DNA of 64,000 bases from an uncultured archaeon. GTDB lineage: Archaea; Thermoproteota; Nitrososphaeria; Nitrososphaerales; Gagatemarchaeaceae. A program made the translations under genes and the position numbers. The notes below the pieces were generated by a model. It did no database searches. It was not told the origin of the DNA and worked only from the letters and a program-made list of their open reading frames with translations. Position 1 is the stretch's first letter; every line of letters starts with the position of its first letter. Positions 49,916-60,680 of this stretch are shown one piece after another. Location of the stretch: contig CAWCYD010000003.1 of the NCBI GenBank assembly GCA_963799775.1, positions 800,001 through 864,000 on the forward strand. Reading direction: 5' to 3'.

Positions 49916-50316
49916 TAAACCGAGACGTCCAAGCTCTTGGAACCAAAGACAAGGCTCATCTCCCCGTGCTGTCCAGCGGCGATCGACACCGCGCAGATGT
50001 TGCCGGGTTGGAGCGTCCCTGCGCAGTTGGTGGCATACTGGACCGTCCCGCCGTTCAAGTAGGTGGCCGAGATCTTCCCCTGCACCCACCCGTAGTCGTA
50101 GACCCAGACGTAGGAACCGCTCGAGTTCGACTGCACCGAGACCAGGGCGAGCAGGAGCCCGGATTCGTTTGCCTGACTCTGCGAGTTCGAGGAGAGGAGG
50201 TCACCGGAGCTCTTCACCGACCCGAACGCCACCGCCGAGATGCCCCCGAGCAACGCTATCGTTACGATGAGTACCGCGAGGGAAGAGACTAGCTCGCTCA
50301 CTCCCCGCCGCTTCCT
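49915..50316 (-). CDS. Type IV pilin-like protein
   Basis: In-frame RKRRG|VSELVSSLAVLIV class III signal just upstream of the tracked GTG; start codon unclear. Confidence 0.7.
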   Translation of the reverse strand, partial: RKRRGVSELVSSLAVLIVTIALLGGISAVAFGSVKSSGDLLSSNSQSQANESGLLLALVSVQSNSSGSYVWVYDYGWVQGKISATYLNGGTVQYATNCAGTLQPGNICAVSIAAGQHGEMSLVFGSKSLDVSV

Positions 50317-50317
50317 C

Positions 50318-50956
50318 TCAAAGCGAGACGTCGTCGAAACCCCCGCTTGATGTGATGAGGATGCTTCCGCCAGCGCCGCTCGAGGGGACGTAGAACGCGA
50401 AGGATGTCCCGGAGAGCGGGCCTTGAGACGGGATCGAGGACAGGTCAGGAGACGACGCCGACCAGTGGGACGGGACCGTCTGTCCCCCGGGCAGCGTTAT
50501 CGTGCACTGGTGCCCGCCGTCGATCATTATCTCCTGCCAGCCTGGCGCTACGGCCTTCGAGGTCGCCCAGGTCCCGGAGATCCATGACTGACCGTCAGTG
50601 GAGACCTGGACGGAACCTGATTGGGATGCTAGGACCGAGAAGAACGTCGTGTCCCCGGGGGCGCAGAGGGAGCTCGACGTCGTGTAGCTCGAGCCGCTCG
50701 CGGCGATGATCCCTGAAACCGAACTGACGGAGTCGATGCTGAAGGAGGAGAGGGAGGTCGCCTCCGACGAGTTCACATCGACGAGCTCCACGACAGGGGA
50801 ACCGCCTATGGACATCGTGTGGTTCGCGAAGACGGGCTGTGGGGCGACGGTCGACTCCTTCCTCATCCCGTCGTAGATTATGGAGACCAATGCGAGGGAT
50901 ATCACGATGAGGATGACGGTGGCCTGGAACTGAGCCACGGCGCGGCGGATCTTCAT
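50318..50956 (-). CDS. Type IV pilin-like protein
   Basis: MKIRRA|VAQFQATVILIVI class III signal peptide. Confidence 0.75.
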   Translation of the reverse strand: MKIRRAVAQFQATVILIVISLALVSIIYDGMRKESTVAPQPVFANHTMSIGGSPVVELVDVNSSEATSLSSFSIDSVSSVSGIIAASGSSYTTSSSLCAPGDTTFFSVLASQSGSVQVSTDGQSWISGTWATSKAVAPGWQEIMIDGGHQCTITLPGGQTVPSHWSASSPDLSSIPSQGPLSGTSFAFYVPSSGAGGSILITSSGGFDDVSL

Positions 50957-50964
50957 CCCTAGGC

Positions 50965-51420
50965 TCAGGCCTGGATGTTGAACGCCTTGGCCACCTGGTC
51001 GCCCACCACCGTCACGGTGAACGTCGAGAACGTGGGGACCTGGAAGTTCGTCTTCACCTTCGCCGCGAGGAGGTCGCCGGGCTGCATGAGCGCCCCGCCT
51101 GAGGTCGTCGAGATCAGCGTGATGTTGGCGCCTGCGCCGGTCTCCTTGAACTGGTTCGTCGTCGAGCCATAGGTGATGTCTATCGCCTGCAGGGTGACCG
51201 GGACGTTGCCGTCGTTCTTGATGTCGAGCGTCATCGTCTCCCCGTCCATCGCGACGTTGCTGTCGAGGATCGTGACGGACGGGTTCTTCACCTCCGCTAC
51301 GACCATCTGGCGGAAGGTCGTGTAGAGTATGCCGCCCAGCATCAGCGTTATCACGACCAAGATCACGGTCGCGAGGAACGGGCTGATCCCCGCCCTCCTT
51401 GAGTTCGTTCTGAAGTTCAA
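50965..51420 (-). CDS. Type IV pilin (probable major pilin)
   Basis: RRAG|ISPFLATVILVVIT; IKNDGNV motif; own TATA (ATTAAATA) upstream. Confidence 0.85.
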   Translation of the reverse strand: MNFRTNSRRAGISPFLATVILVVITLMLGGILYTTFRQMVVAEVKNPSVTILDSNVAMDGETMTLDIKNDGNVPVTLQAIDITYGSTTNQFKETGAGANITLISTTSGGALMQPGDLLAAKVKTNFQVPTFSTFTVTVVGDQVAKAFNIQA

Positions 51421-51463
51421 CGCCCTAGTACGCCCCGACCGTATTTAATCGCCCACAGCCTCC

Positions 51464-53080
51464 TCAGACCACGCCGAACGCCAGGAGAGAGACAAGGGTC
51501 GAGGCCATGAGGATCGGCAACGCGGCCTCGTGCCTCACGGTCTGAGTGAGCATCTTCGAGAGGAGCAACCCAGAGAGGAGCGAGACGGTTGAGACGGACA
51601 GGATGAGCGAGGACTCTGACGCATGGACCGCAAGCAGCGGGATGCCGACAGGGACGTTCTGCTGGGCGAACCCCGCAAGAAGCGAGATCGAGGCGACGGA
51701 GATGACGGGGACGATCGCCCCCACGAGCAAGAACGTGATCATGGACTGGGAGACGCTCTTCCTTGCGTCGACGACGCGCCTGAAGAGAGAGGACAACTCC
51801 TCCAGGTGCTCGAAACCCGCCCCCGTGTCGAACGCGACAGAGAGCATCGCGAAACCCATCCTTACGAGCCATGACGGGTGGGAGACCCTTCTCTGGGCCT
51901 CAGTCGGGACGAGCCCCAGCCTGATCGACTGGTAGAATCTCAGCAGCGGCTCCTTCACCGAGGTGTAGCCGTCCGCAGCGGAGCTCAGCCTCGACAGGGC
52001 CTCGGGGAGACTGACGCCAGCCTTGCTCTCCTCGGAGATGTCGTGCAGCATGGTCGCCACCTCTTCCTCGCCCTTTCGAATGATGGCGTGGTGTTTCCTG
52101 GTCTGGTAGAATCCGATGACGGAGACCGAGAGCGGGACGACGACGTATCCTACGGCGTCGAGCAGCCGGGCCTGGAACGCGACCGTCGCGATCGCCCACG
52201 CGGCGATGGATGCCAGCAGCCAGAGCGTCCGCGGAGGCCGGTCGTAGGCGACGGGTTGGATGGAGTCGGTCAGAAACAGGAAGAACACGGCCATCATCCC
52301 CAGCACGCCGAAGGCGGCGAAGAACAGGTAAGAGGAGGAGAAGCCCGGGACCGAGGCGCCGATCATCTCCAGGCCCACGGGGAAGAGGGCGAGAAGTATG
52401 AACGTCACCTCGGCGAGCGAGCCCATCGACGCGCCGAACGAGGACCACGACTGCTCGAGCTTCTGGAGCTGGAACGAGGTCTCGTGCTGCACGAACTCCG
52501 AGACGTCCTTGCCCGTGCTCAGCGTCTTCAAGAACCCGTGGACGAAGGTCGTTAGCCTCGCGCTGGGGTGCCTCTCGAAGGAGCTCTCCGCGACGGCGAC
52601 CGGGGCTCCCGGCACGAACGCGTCGTCCCTCGCGAGGATCTCGCCCTCTTTCGAGAAGGCCGGGAAGACCTTCGCCCCCATCGCGGCTACCCGCTTGAGA
52701 CCGTCCTGGAGGGTGGGGTTGGCCTCGTGCGAGAAGACGGAGAGGGTCATCAGGAGGAATGGGAGTTCCGCGTCGACGGCCCGTCGCCTCGCGTTCGACC
52801 TGGAGAGCAACCAGACCACCGGCATGAGCTGCATCAACGCCAGTCCGCAGACGATGAGCCCGGCCTGCTCGAGCGGGACACAGACGAGCGCCAGCAGCTC
52901 GAGAGGCGCTGCGAGAACGAGGAGCGAGACGACGAACCTGGAGTACGTCCTGGGCGACATGAAGACCGACGCGGCCGAGAGCATCGGGCCTAACCTGGCC
53001 TGGAGTCGCCCGGCGAGGGCCGGGAGCGGGCAGATGGAAGCCAGGCGGTTCACCACGGCCTCCGTGGTTGCGGATTGCAC
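51464..53080 (-). CDS. TadC/FlaJ-like pilus platform membrane protein
   Basis: AVDAELPFLL and LHDISEESKAGVSL.EAL (two T2SS-F-like domains). Confidence 0.85.
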   Translation of the reverse strand: MQSATTEAVVNRLASICPLPALAGRLQARLGPMLSAASVFMSPRTYSRFVVSLLVLAAPLELLALVCVPLEQAGLIVCGLALMQLMPVVWLLSRSNARRRAVDAELPFLLMTLSVFSHEANPTLQDGLKRVAAMGAKVFPAFSKEGEILARDDAFVPGAPVAVAESSFERHPSARLTTFVHGFLKTLSTGKDVSEFVQHETSFQLQKLEQSWSSFGASMGSLAEVTFILLALFPVGLEMIGASVPGFSSSYLFFAAFGVLGMMAVFFLFLTDSIQPVAYDRPPRTLWLLASIAAWAIATVAFQARLLDAVGYVVVPLSVSVIGFYQTRKHHAIIRKGEEEVATMLHDISEESKAGVSLPEALSRLSSAADGYTSVKEPLLRFYQSIRLGLVPTEAQRRVSHPSWLVRMGFAMLSVAFDTGAGFEHLEELSSLFRRVVDARKSVSQSMITFLLVGAIVPVISVASISLLAGFAQQNVPVGIPLLAVHASESSLILSVSTVSLLSGLLLSKMLTQTVRHEAALPILMASTLVSLLAFGVV

Positions 53081-53131
53081 TACCCCTAAGGAAGGTTTCG
53101 CTTAAAAGCGGCAACGCAGTCGCGGGGCGGC

Positions 53132-53752
53132 GTGTATTACCAGCTGCTGATGCTGGCCTCGTTCCTACTCGCTGGCTACCAGGACGCACGCGAGCGGCTG
53201 GTCTCGGACTACTACTGGATCCCCGGGATAATCGCCGTCGTCCTCGTCGTCGTCTTCCTGCCCTCGATGGACTTCCTCCTCGTCGCGAGGATAACCCTGA
53301 TAGGGGTCATCGCCTTCGCCTTCACCTGGTTCGGGTTCATCGGTCAGGCGGACGCGATAGCGCTGGCCTTGATCTCCTCAGACCCCACCCCTTACGCCCC
53401 CATCCCCGTCCTCCTTGCCACCGGAGCGGTCGCGATAGCCCACATCGGGTATCTCTACGTTTCCGGCACTGCTAGGAAGGCTCACCTCATTACGCTCGAG
53501 GAGTTCAGGACCCAGGCGAAGTGGATACCAAAGGCGCTCGTCATCAACGGCGAGCGCCGCGAGATAACGAACGACGTGAACGTCTCCAGGGAGCTGGCCG
53601 AGGAGCACGCGGATTCGGGCCCGAAGGACTCCACCACGATGGTGGAGGTGCAGTACGGCGTGCCTCAGGTGACCTACATCACGGCGGGGGTCGTCATCTA
53701 CTACGTCTACCTTTTGATCTTCCAGCCGCACATGTTCTTCGCCTTCCCCTAG
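53132..53752 (+). CDS. Prepilin peptidase (A24-like)
   Basis: YQDARER.VSD, GQAD (GxxD) and V.YGVPQV.YI. Confidence 0.8.
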   Translation: MYYQLLMLASFLLAGYQDARERLVSDYYWIPGIIAVVLVVVFLPSMDFLLVARITLIGVIAFAFTWFGFIGQADAIALALISSDPTPYAPIPVLLATGAVAIAHIGYLYVSGTARKAHLITLEEFRTQAKWIPKALVINGERREITNDVNVSRELAEEHADSGPKDSTTMVEVQYGVPQVTYITAGVVIYYVYLLIFQPHMFFAFP

Positions 53753-53772
53753 GCGAAGCCCCGACCTCGCGT

Positions 53773-54574
53773 TCACGCGTCGAGCTTGATGAGCTCGAAC
53801 TCGCAGTATTTGCCGCCCATCGCGATGCACTGGGTCTCGGTGCACCTCATGGGGACGCCGAGCCCGAAAGGTGCCCTCTGATCCACTCGCTGTTCGGCAT
53901 CTTTGTGTGCTTGCCCTGGCACTCTATGTTGTCATATATCGTGACGATGAAATGGAGCGAGTCGAAGTCCGCGATCACCAATTCGGCTCGGCCTATCCCG
54001 TTGGCGCTGTAGAGCTTCAGCGCCTCGTTGATGAAGCGCTTGAGGTCGCCTTTGATTATCGCCTGAATGGATCCGGCTGCCAATGCGCCCATCGCGAAGC
54101 CTTCCTGGTACGAAATGACCGTCCCGCCAGAGCCGAACTGCTCGCCCATCGCTGAGAGCATCCTCTGGAGCACGTCCTGGCCGATGAGCAGGGCTTACTC
54201 CTCGCGGTTGTCACGATCGGGAAGAAGAGATCGTCGACAATGAAGTCGCTCCCGCCTGCGATCCGCAGGTCTTCGAGGAAGTCGAGCTCGGACAGAAAGA
54301 GTCTGAGCCCTTCTCTGGTGACAGCGTAGTCGGGACAATCGAGAAAGACGTTCCATTTGCCGCCCTTCTGGTCGATGTCAGTCACGTTGCAGCTGAGGAT
54401 GAGGATCCCCTTCTTCTTCAGAACCGAAAAGAGCTTCGACAAGGCGGCCTTTGCCAACTCCGCCTTGAAGGCCACCTGGAAGAGCCTATGGCCGGGCTTG
54501 TAGATCACCGTGACAAGTTCTCTTGCCCCGAAAGGCACGGTCGGACCCGCAAGCTCTGCACTCGTCTTTGCCAT
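53773..54574 (-). CDS. ACT-like plus V4R domain protein (frameshifts ~54195 and ~53860)
   Basis: GIGRAE, IEC, RGHLSG and ETQCIAMGGKYCEF. Confidence 0.78.
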
Positions 54575-54701
54575 TCTTGCAAAGAAAATCGCGCAGGGCC
54601 AGTATTTGTGTGATTGGGCGTTTTCCATAGATGAGAATGGCAAGTTCGCTCGAGGCAGAACAGTAAAATGCTCAGCCCAGTCGCGGTCGTGCCAGAAAGC
54701 A

Positions 54702-55520
54702 ATGACAAACTGGGAGTCCATCCTGAAGGAGGCAGGCGAGCAGGTGCAGAGCATCGCGGACCAGTACAAGGGAAGGAAGAGCGGCCTAGAGGCGATGGGC
54801 CAAGGGGCGGGAGGCGACATCACGATGAAGGTGGATGCTGACGCGGAGAAGGCGATCATGGACATCATCAAGGGCCAAGTCGAGGACGTGAGGTTCGTCA
54901 CCGAGGAGGCGGGGGTTGTCGGTCCCGCGGGCGCTTCTTGGATTGTGATCATCGACCCGATCGATGGCTCAGGCAATTACGCAAGGAGGCTGCCCTTCTA
55001 CTGCACCTCGATAGCGGTCCTTGACGGGCCGACGCTGAACGAGGCGAAGCACGGGCTGGTCCGCGACCTCGTCAGCGAGGAGACGTATTACGCGGAGCGG
55101 GGAGCCGGAGCTGAGAGGGACGGGACGCCGATTAGCACGTCGAAGGCGAAGAACCTCAAGGACTCCTGCGTCGGGATCGACATGTCCAAGGCCCCGAGGG
55201 CGACCGTGGAGAGGCTCGTCCCGCTGATAGCGGCGGTGAGGAAGCCGGCGCACCTTGGAGCGAACGCGCTGGAGATGGCCTTCCTGGCGGACGCGAGGAT
55301 AGACGCGTTCGTGGACATGCGCGACAGGATGAGAGTGGTGGACTTCGCCGCAGGCTACCTGATCGCGAAGGAGGCGGGGGCCGTCATGTCCGACCCGCAG
55401 GGAGGGCCGATCAACACGAAGATCTCGCTCGAGGAGAAGTTCAACGTCGTCGCCTCGTGCAACGCCACGCTGCACGAGAAGATCCTGAACCTGATCAGCC
55501 AAGCAAGCGAGCACGCCTAA
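54702..55520 (+). CDS. Inositol monophosphatase / FBPase IV
   Basis: GAGGD.T..VD..AE, TEE and IDPIDGS.N. Confidence 0.92.
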   Translation: MTNWESILKEAGEQVQSIADQYKGRKSGLEAMGQGAGGDITMKVDADAEKAIMDIIKGQVEDVRFVTEEAGVVGPAGASWIVIIDPIDGSGNYARRLPFYCTSIAVLDGPTLNEAKHGLVRDLVSEETYYAERGAGAERDGTPISTSKAKNLKDSCVGIDMSKAPRATVERLVPLIAAVRKPAHLGANALEMAFLADARIDAFVDMRDRMRVVDFAAGYLIAKEAGAVMSDPQGGPINTKISLEEKFNVVASCNATLHEKILNLISQASEHA

Positions 55521-55599
55521 TCCTTAGGCGGCTTACGTTCGAGGCGGACGAGAAGAGATCGCGGAATCAAACGTATAACTCGCCCTCTTCGATTGACTT

Positions 55600-56209
55600 G
55601 CGCTTGAATCCGCGACCTGAAACCTCTAAGGTAAGGGGCAGGGCATTGGTCATTATTGGAATAGTGGTCGTTGTATTGGTGATAGCCGTGGCCTACAGTG
55701 GGTTCGGCTTCAGCTCAACTCGAGCGAGCTTCTCCAGCTCGTCGACCCTCTCGTCAAGCTCGCCCATCCCCGCGACGGCCTCATATGAGGAATCCGCGTC
55801 CAACTCCACCGTGCCTTCCGGCGGTCTCAACATATCCAACATGTTCGCCGACGTGATAGCCTACAGTCTCTCCACGCCCACTAGCAACTCGTCATCGATA
55901 GCCGACGGGAGCACCTTCCATGGGTCTCCGGGAGAGACGATCTCGGTCCTTTTCGTGGTTGTCTACCAGGACTGCTCCCTCCAATGCCCAAGCGAGATCA
56001 CCTCTGTGACTGCCTCTACGCCAGGTTTCACGGTCACTGGAACCGCTCCCTCACTTCCGGTCCCCTTCCAAGGGTGCGGGTACATCTGCTCAGACGCCTC
56101 GCCTTCGATGGTGGCCCCGGAAGGCAAGCAAGTCGCGGTCACTGTGAATGTCCTGACCCCTTCAACACCCTACGAGGGCACTCTAACGCTCGTTGCTCAA
56201 ACGGCCTAG
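55600..56209 (+). CDS. Membrane-anchored Ser-rich secreted hypothetical protein; start approximate
   Basis: N-terminal TM, Ser-rich linker, beta-rich domain with Cys pairs. Confidence 0.6.
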
Positions 56210-56220
56210 CAGAGTTGTGC

Positions 56221-56814
56221 TCAACCTCTCACCCAGTCGGATCTCGCGAAGTCCTGCAGGCTCCGGAAGAGAGCGTCGGCGGCTGGATGGTCCGGCTTGT
56301 TCCTGATCATCACGAACCTTACGCCTACCGCCCTAGCAGCGTTCAGATCGTTTATCCTGTCCCCGACAAAGTACGCCTCCTCGTCCCGCGACTCGAGCTT
56401 CTCGAGCGCCATCCTGAGCTGGGTCGGCCTGTCCATCGAGTCCTCGCGGGTGAAAGTGGAACCAAAGTAGCGGTGGATGTCCAACCTGTCGAGAATCTGA
56501 TCGCAGGCGAGTCTTCCCTGCATCGTGACAAGTGAGAGCTTCGCCTTCTTGGATAGAGTCACCAGAGCCTCCACCGCTCCCTCAGCTAGCTTTGCCCGCG
56601 GGATCGCCTTTGCCTCGTAGTCGTCGATGGTCCGCATGATGGGACCGAGCAGAATGGGATCCTTGGCGACCAAGGTCTGCACGTCCAAGAAGAACGGGCT
56701 GAACTTGAGGTCGGTCCCGGTGAGCTTCCGGAGCTCTTGACGCACCTCGTGCCACTCTACCGGGAGGCTGATGAGCGTCTCATCAAGGTCGAAGACGACG
56801 TACCTGCCGCCCAC
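56221..56814 (-). CDS. HAD-family hydrolase
   Basis: FDLDETL and VGDRINDL.AAR. Confidence 0.9.
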   Translation of the reverse strand: MGGRYVVFDLDETLISLPVEWHEVRQELRKLTGTDLKFSPFFLDVQTLVAKDPILLGPIMRTIDDYEAKAIPRAKLAEGAVEALVTLSKKAKLSLVTMQGRLACDQILDRLDIHRYFGSTFTREDSMDRPTQLRMALEKLESRDEEAYFVGDRINDLNAARAVGVRFVMIRNKPDHPAADALFRSLQDFARSDWVRG

Positions 56815-56826
56815 GTTCGGGCCCGA

Positions 56827-57912
56827 CTACAACACCTTCTGCTTTGACCCGTCGTCTTCCCGCCACAGGTAGGCGCCCACGTCCATGTCCCTCAGGAGGT
56901 AGTAGCCCTCCGGGATGAGGTCAGTCTGCGGGGGCATGTCCTTCACGTCCTCGCCCATCCCGAGCCTCACGTAGAGGTCCGCGAGGTTCGCGTACTGGGG
57001 GAGGCCTAGGTGCGTGACCGCGATGTAGCCCCACAGGGGCATCGTGGAGTGGAACTTGCCGGCGTCGACCTCTGTGATGCAGGGCTTGCCGGTCGAGGAC
57101 TCCTTGACGTCGACCGAGTAGGCGCCGTTGGGCCTGGGGTCGATCGCTTTCACCGCTCTCTGACCGAGTTCGTTCAGGCCCGGATAGCGGATTGTCCTCG
57201 AGACCGAGGGGGTCCCGGTTATCCCTGACGGCGAGATGTGCTTGAAGGGATACTCGAGCCTCTCGCGCGAGAACGAGGTCACGAGGTCGCCGTCCTTCCA
57301 GATGCTGTCCCATGCGATGTTCCTCCCGGGCAGGAATTCCTGGAGGATGAACTCGTCGTAGCCCGCCGCCCCCCTCTTCACCCAGAGCTCCACCCAGAGG
57401 CTGGCTTCTGCAGCGTTTTGGCAGAGCAGGCTCAGCCTTCCTCCCGCCCCGCGCCTCGCGCGCACCCAGAGGGGCCTTCCGAGCTTGGAGAAGGCCTTTC
57501 GGATGTCGCCCTTGCTGGTGATGAAGACCGTCTTCGCCACTGGCACCGCCTTCGCCTCCAGCTTCTTCTGGGAGAGGAGCTTGTCCTGCCCTACCCGCAT
57601 CACGCTCGCGGGGGGCAGAAAGACCTTGCACGGGACGCGCTCCCTCTTGCTCGAGATGACGTAGGCCTCGCTCGACGGCTGGGGGTGGAGGAAGTCGGCG
57701 TTCTCCTTCTTCGCGATCTCGGCCACCCGCGAGACGAAGTCGCGGTCGCTGTGCCGAGGAGTGAGATACCTGGCGTCGACGTCGGGATAGAGCAGGTGGT
57801 ACTTGTTGAAGTCCGTCCCGACGATGTAGTAGTCCCTGTGCGAGGCCCTGAGAGCGCGGACAAAGTTGACGCCCGCAAGCCCCCCCGACCCGGTCACCAC
57901 GACGCGCGTCAT
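56827..57912 (-). CDS. ATP-grasp protein (carbamoyl-phosphate-synthase-like)
   Basis: VTGSGG.AG.N, QDK, G.P.WVRA..GAGG, QEFLPG and ITEVDAG. Confidence 0.82.
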   Translation of the reverse strand: MTRVVVTGSGGLAGVNFVRALRASHRDYYIVGTDFNKYHLLYPDVDARYLTPRHSDRDFVSRVAEIAKKENADFLHPQPSSEAYVISSKRERVPCKVFLPPASVMRVGQDKLLSQKKLEAKAVPVAKTVFITSKGDIRKAFSKLGRPLWVRARRGAGGRLSLLCQNAAEASLWVELWVKRGAAGYDEFILQEFLPGRNIAWDSIWKDGDLVTSFSRERLEYPFKHISPSGITGTPSVSRTIRYPGLNELGQRAVKAIDPRPNGAYSVDVKESSTGKPCITEVDAGKFHSTMPLWGYIAVTHLGLPQYANLADLYVRLGMGEDVKDMPPQTDLIPEGYYLLRDMDVGAYLWREDDGSKQKVL

Positions 57913-59161
57913 CTTCCTCGCTTGCCTCCCGAGAACCCCAGCTTGAACCCTGCGCCCGAGGGCGACACCAGGGTGACCCCTCCCCTCTTCGTGGTGGTTC
58001 CAGACGCCACCTGCATGCGCACCCCGGCTTCCGTCTTTGCCACCAGCGTGAGTCTCTTCGGCGGAACTCGGGAGAACCTGAATCCTCTCCCATCTCCGTC
58101 GAACCTCAGCGGGGCAGCTCGCGGGCCCTCCACCAGGTCGCGATGTCCTCTCCGCTCCCCACGAAGACATCTTTCCTCCGACCCAGCTCCTTCAGGATGT
58201 CCCAGTAGATCCTCCCGCCCCTCATCCGCACGGCCTCTTGGTGCCAGAGCAGAGTGAATAGACCTTCGACCTCTTTCACCATCCCCATCGCCTTTCGGAC
58301 GTCCTCGTGCCCCTCCTCCTCGCTCTTCTTCAGGTATCCCCACAGCGTGGTGTCCATCAGCGACAACGGGAGCTCGAGCAGCCTCATCGGCCTCCATTGC
58401 TCGTCGGGAGGGTGGAACGGCGTGGCGAGCCCGAGCTTGAACCCTAGCTTGTCGTTGTTGCCCACCGTGGTGTCGTAATCGAAGCCGCAGTCTTCGAATA
58501 TCTTCCATGACTTCGCCCAGTCGAACCTGAGGTAGTGCTCCCTCAAGCCTACGGGGCGGATTCCCAAGCCCTTGGTCAGCCTCTCGACGGCTTTCTTCAT
58601 CTCCCGCTCCGAGTCGTGCGTCCCAAAGTCGCCGTGCAGCCCGATCTCCCACCCCTTGGAGCGAAGCCTCGAGGCCGGCTTCCTCACCTTCTCGAGCGAG
58701 TACTCTGCCGAGAGGAAGTAGAAGCTGGAACGGAGGCCTTGGGCCGCTTCCTTCTCCCCGATGAGCTCGATGTTGTCGTAGAGCGAAAGTTGCCCCTTCT
58801 CAGCCTTTGCAAAGTCGGCAGGGCTGAATCGCTCCCGCGTCTTCAGGGCATGTTCCCACGGATGCTCGATGTTGTCCACGTCGTGGGTGAGGCAGACGGC
58901 GAAGCTCTTCGCGTCGGGCCACCGGGCCTTGCGGACGAAGAAGCCTTCGTCCTCGAGTCGCGCATCCTCGAGCTCGCGGAGGAAGGCGAGGGTCCGGGTC
59001 TCGATCGAAGGAGTCGCCGAGTCCTTCGGAGGGGCGCCCCTCATCACGGATGACAGCTCGTCCACGATGTCGCTTGGGACTTCATCTGGGCGGAGCGACC
59101 TGGAGACCAGGCCCAAGCTGCTCTCGAGAAAGTCTGCGGCGAATTGCGATCGGGCGGTCAA
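57909..59161 (-). CDS. Polysaccharide deacetylase family protein (frameshift ~58115)
   Basis: LTHDVD, EIGLHG, REHYL, YDTT, PLSLMD and LLWHQ. Confidence 0.88.
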
Positions 59162-60126
59162 CTTGCCTCGGTCCCCTGTCGAACGGGGGGGAAGATGTGG
59201 GCCAGGTGCGCCTCTATCTTTCGCTGCACGCCCTCGAACGGGGCCGTCGCGTCGACCACGGGATAGCCCCTCTTCTTGGCCAGGCTGAGATATTCTTGTC
59301 TCTCAGACTCGAGCACCTCTCTTGGATAGTGGATGTGGGCCACCCTCTCGTCGATGACCTGCAGTGACCTCTCGACCGGGACGTCGAGTATGATGGCGAA
59401 GGCAGGCCTGGGCGAGAGGTAGAGGCCCGAGATGGGCCGGACGGGATACCCCAAGGCCTTGTACTTGACGTAGGTGCTCCAGATGAACCTGTCGTAGATG
59501 ACGACCTTGCCCTCGACCCTGCAGCCTAGCGAGCTGGAGATCTGTAGTATCAGGTTGTCAAGCAAAGAGGCGACGGGCCTGAGCGGGTTCCCGCCGCGCC
59601 TGAAGCGGAATCGCTCGGGGACGCCCTGGCTGACGCTGCTTGGTGACTTTTCAGGGGGCGGAGCGAGGCGCTCGACGAATAGATACCTGTGAAACGGCAT
59701 GACGCTGCAGGAGTATCCCCTCGCCTCGAGCCACTCTCCCGTGGCCGTGGAGTGCGAGGACTTGCCTGCGCCGTCGATCCCTAGCAGGGCCACGGAGCCG
59801 CCTTTTTGCCCTGTCGAGAGCGCGTGGAGTGCCCTCCTTTGCGACTCGTCGTTGAGGTAGACGCCCGCGAAGAGGAGAAGGATTCCCGAGGCGGGGAAGA
59901 TGAAGGCGTGGACGAGGGTCACCAGATATCCTCCGAGCGACGCGAGGAAGACGCGAAGCGCGTTCGGGAGGTCGTTGAGCGGGTCGAGGTGCTTCGCGAA
60001 GCTCATCGCTATCCCATAAGCCGCGAACGCTGCTCCGAAGAATAGGGGAAGGAATATTCCAGCAGGCCGGAGGAGAAGCGAGAGCGCAAGGGACGCCAAG
60101 AAGAAGATGAACGAAATCAGCTTCAT
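59158..60126 (-). CDS. Thymidylate-kinase-like P-loop kinase fused to an N-terminal membrane domain
   Basis: About 4 TM helices, then GIDGAGKSS, IYDRF and ILDVP. Confidence 0.78.
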   Translation of the reverse strand: MKLISFIFFLASLALSLLLRPAGIFLPLFFGAAFAAYGIAMSFAKHLDPLNDLPNALRVFLASLGGYLVTLVHAFIFPASGILLLFAGVYLNDESQRRALHALSTGQKGGSVALLGIDGAGKSSHSTATGEWLEARGYSCSVMPFHRYLFVERLAPPPEKSPSSVSQGVPERFRFRRGGNPLRPVASLLDNLILQISSSLGCRVEGKVVIYDRFIWSTYVKYKALGYPVRPISGLYLSPRPAFAIILDVPVERSLQVIDERVAHIHYPREVLESERQEYLSLAKKRGYPVVDATAPFEGVQRKIEAHLAHIFPPVRQGTEAS

Positions 60127-60230
60127 CTTCAAGGAGCGATATCCATCTCTCGTGCTGTCCCTGCAAGACGCCCTAATTATCTCCACGCGCGCAGCGTATA
60201 CGCTAAAATATCGCCTTGACATCATGTTTC

Positions 60231-60422
60231 ATGAGCGAAAGAGTGCCACTCTCCAAAACCGAGGAGCAACTGCTCGACTACATCCGGACCAACACCGAGT
60301 CAGGAAGGACAGTCTGGCTCAGCGAGGCCATTGAGGCGCTCGGATTGAACCCTCCAGAGGCCGTCCACGGTGCAAAGAGACTGGAAACTCTCGGACTTTT
60401 GAAACCAAAGCCGAGTGAGTAG
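60231..60422 (+). CDS. Small winged-helix-like protein
   Basis: LLDYIR...VWLSEAIEALGL....V...AKRLE..GLL. Confidence 0.55.
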   Translation: MSERVPLSKTEEQLLDYIRTNTESGRTVWLSEAIEALGLNPPEAVHGAKRLETLGLLKPKPSE

Positions 60423-60425
60423 GTC

Positions 60426-60599
60426 GTGTCCGTCGCAGGACGCACTTTTGCCATCGACATAGAGGGCCGGAAGATCGTATGCTACTCGGGCCGAGAACCT
60501 CAGGTGAACAATTTTGACAGACTGCGGCGAATAGAATATGAGTTTTCGGTTGTCTTGGACGGCGACCTGAACTACTGCTTTGTGGACATCCCATATTGA
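60426..60599 (+). CDS. 57-aa hypothetical ORF below the track cut-off
   Basis: GTG...TGA open frame (MSVAGRTFAIDIEGRKIVCYS...VDIPY) starting 3 bp after the upstream stop. Confidence 0.35.
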   Translation: MSVAGRTFAIDIEGRKIVCYSGREPQVNNFDRLRRIEYEFSVVLDGDLNYCFVDIPY

Positions 60600-60680
60600 G
60601 GAAGCTCATAAGCGCCAAAGCGTAACGGAAGGAGTCACGCCAAAATTCTTATCCACTAACGCCAAAGCCAACACGACCGA

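Noticed and set aside
4481-59161. About 15 split genes (pstA, AbrB-PhoU, SDR, aquaporin, lysS, surE, petB, oppD/F, tnpB, pyrE, V4R, deacetylase) as pseudogenes or programmed frameshifts
   Set aside because: Scattered single-base indels, several in homopolymer runs and in essential genes such as lysS, with no shared slippery motif; best explained by long-read consensus errors.
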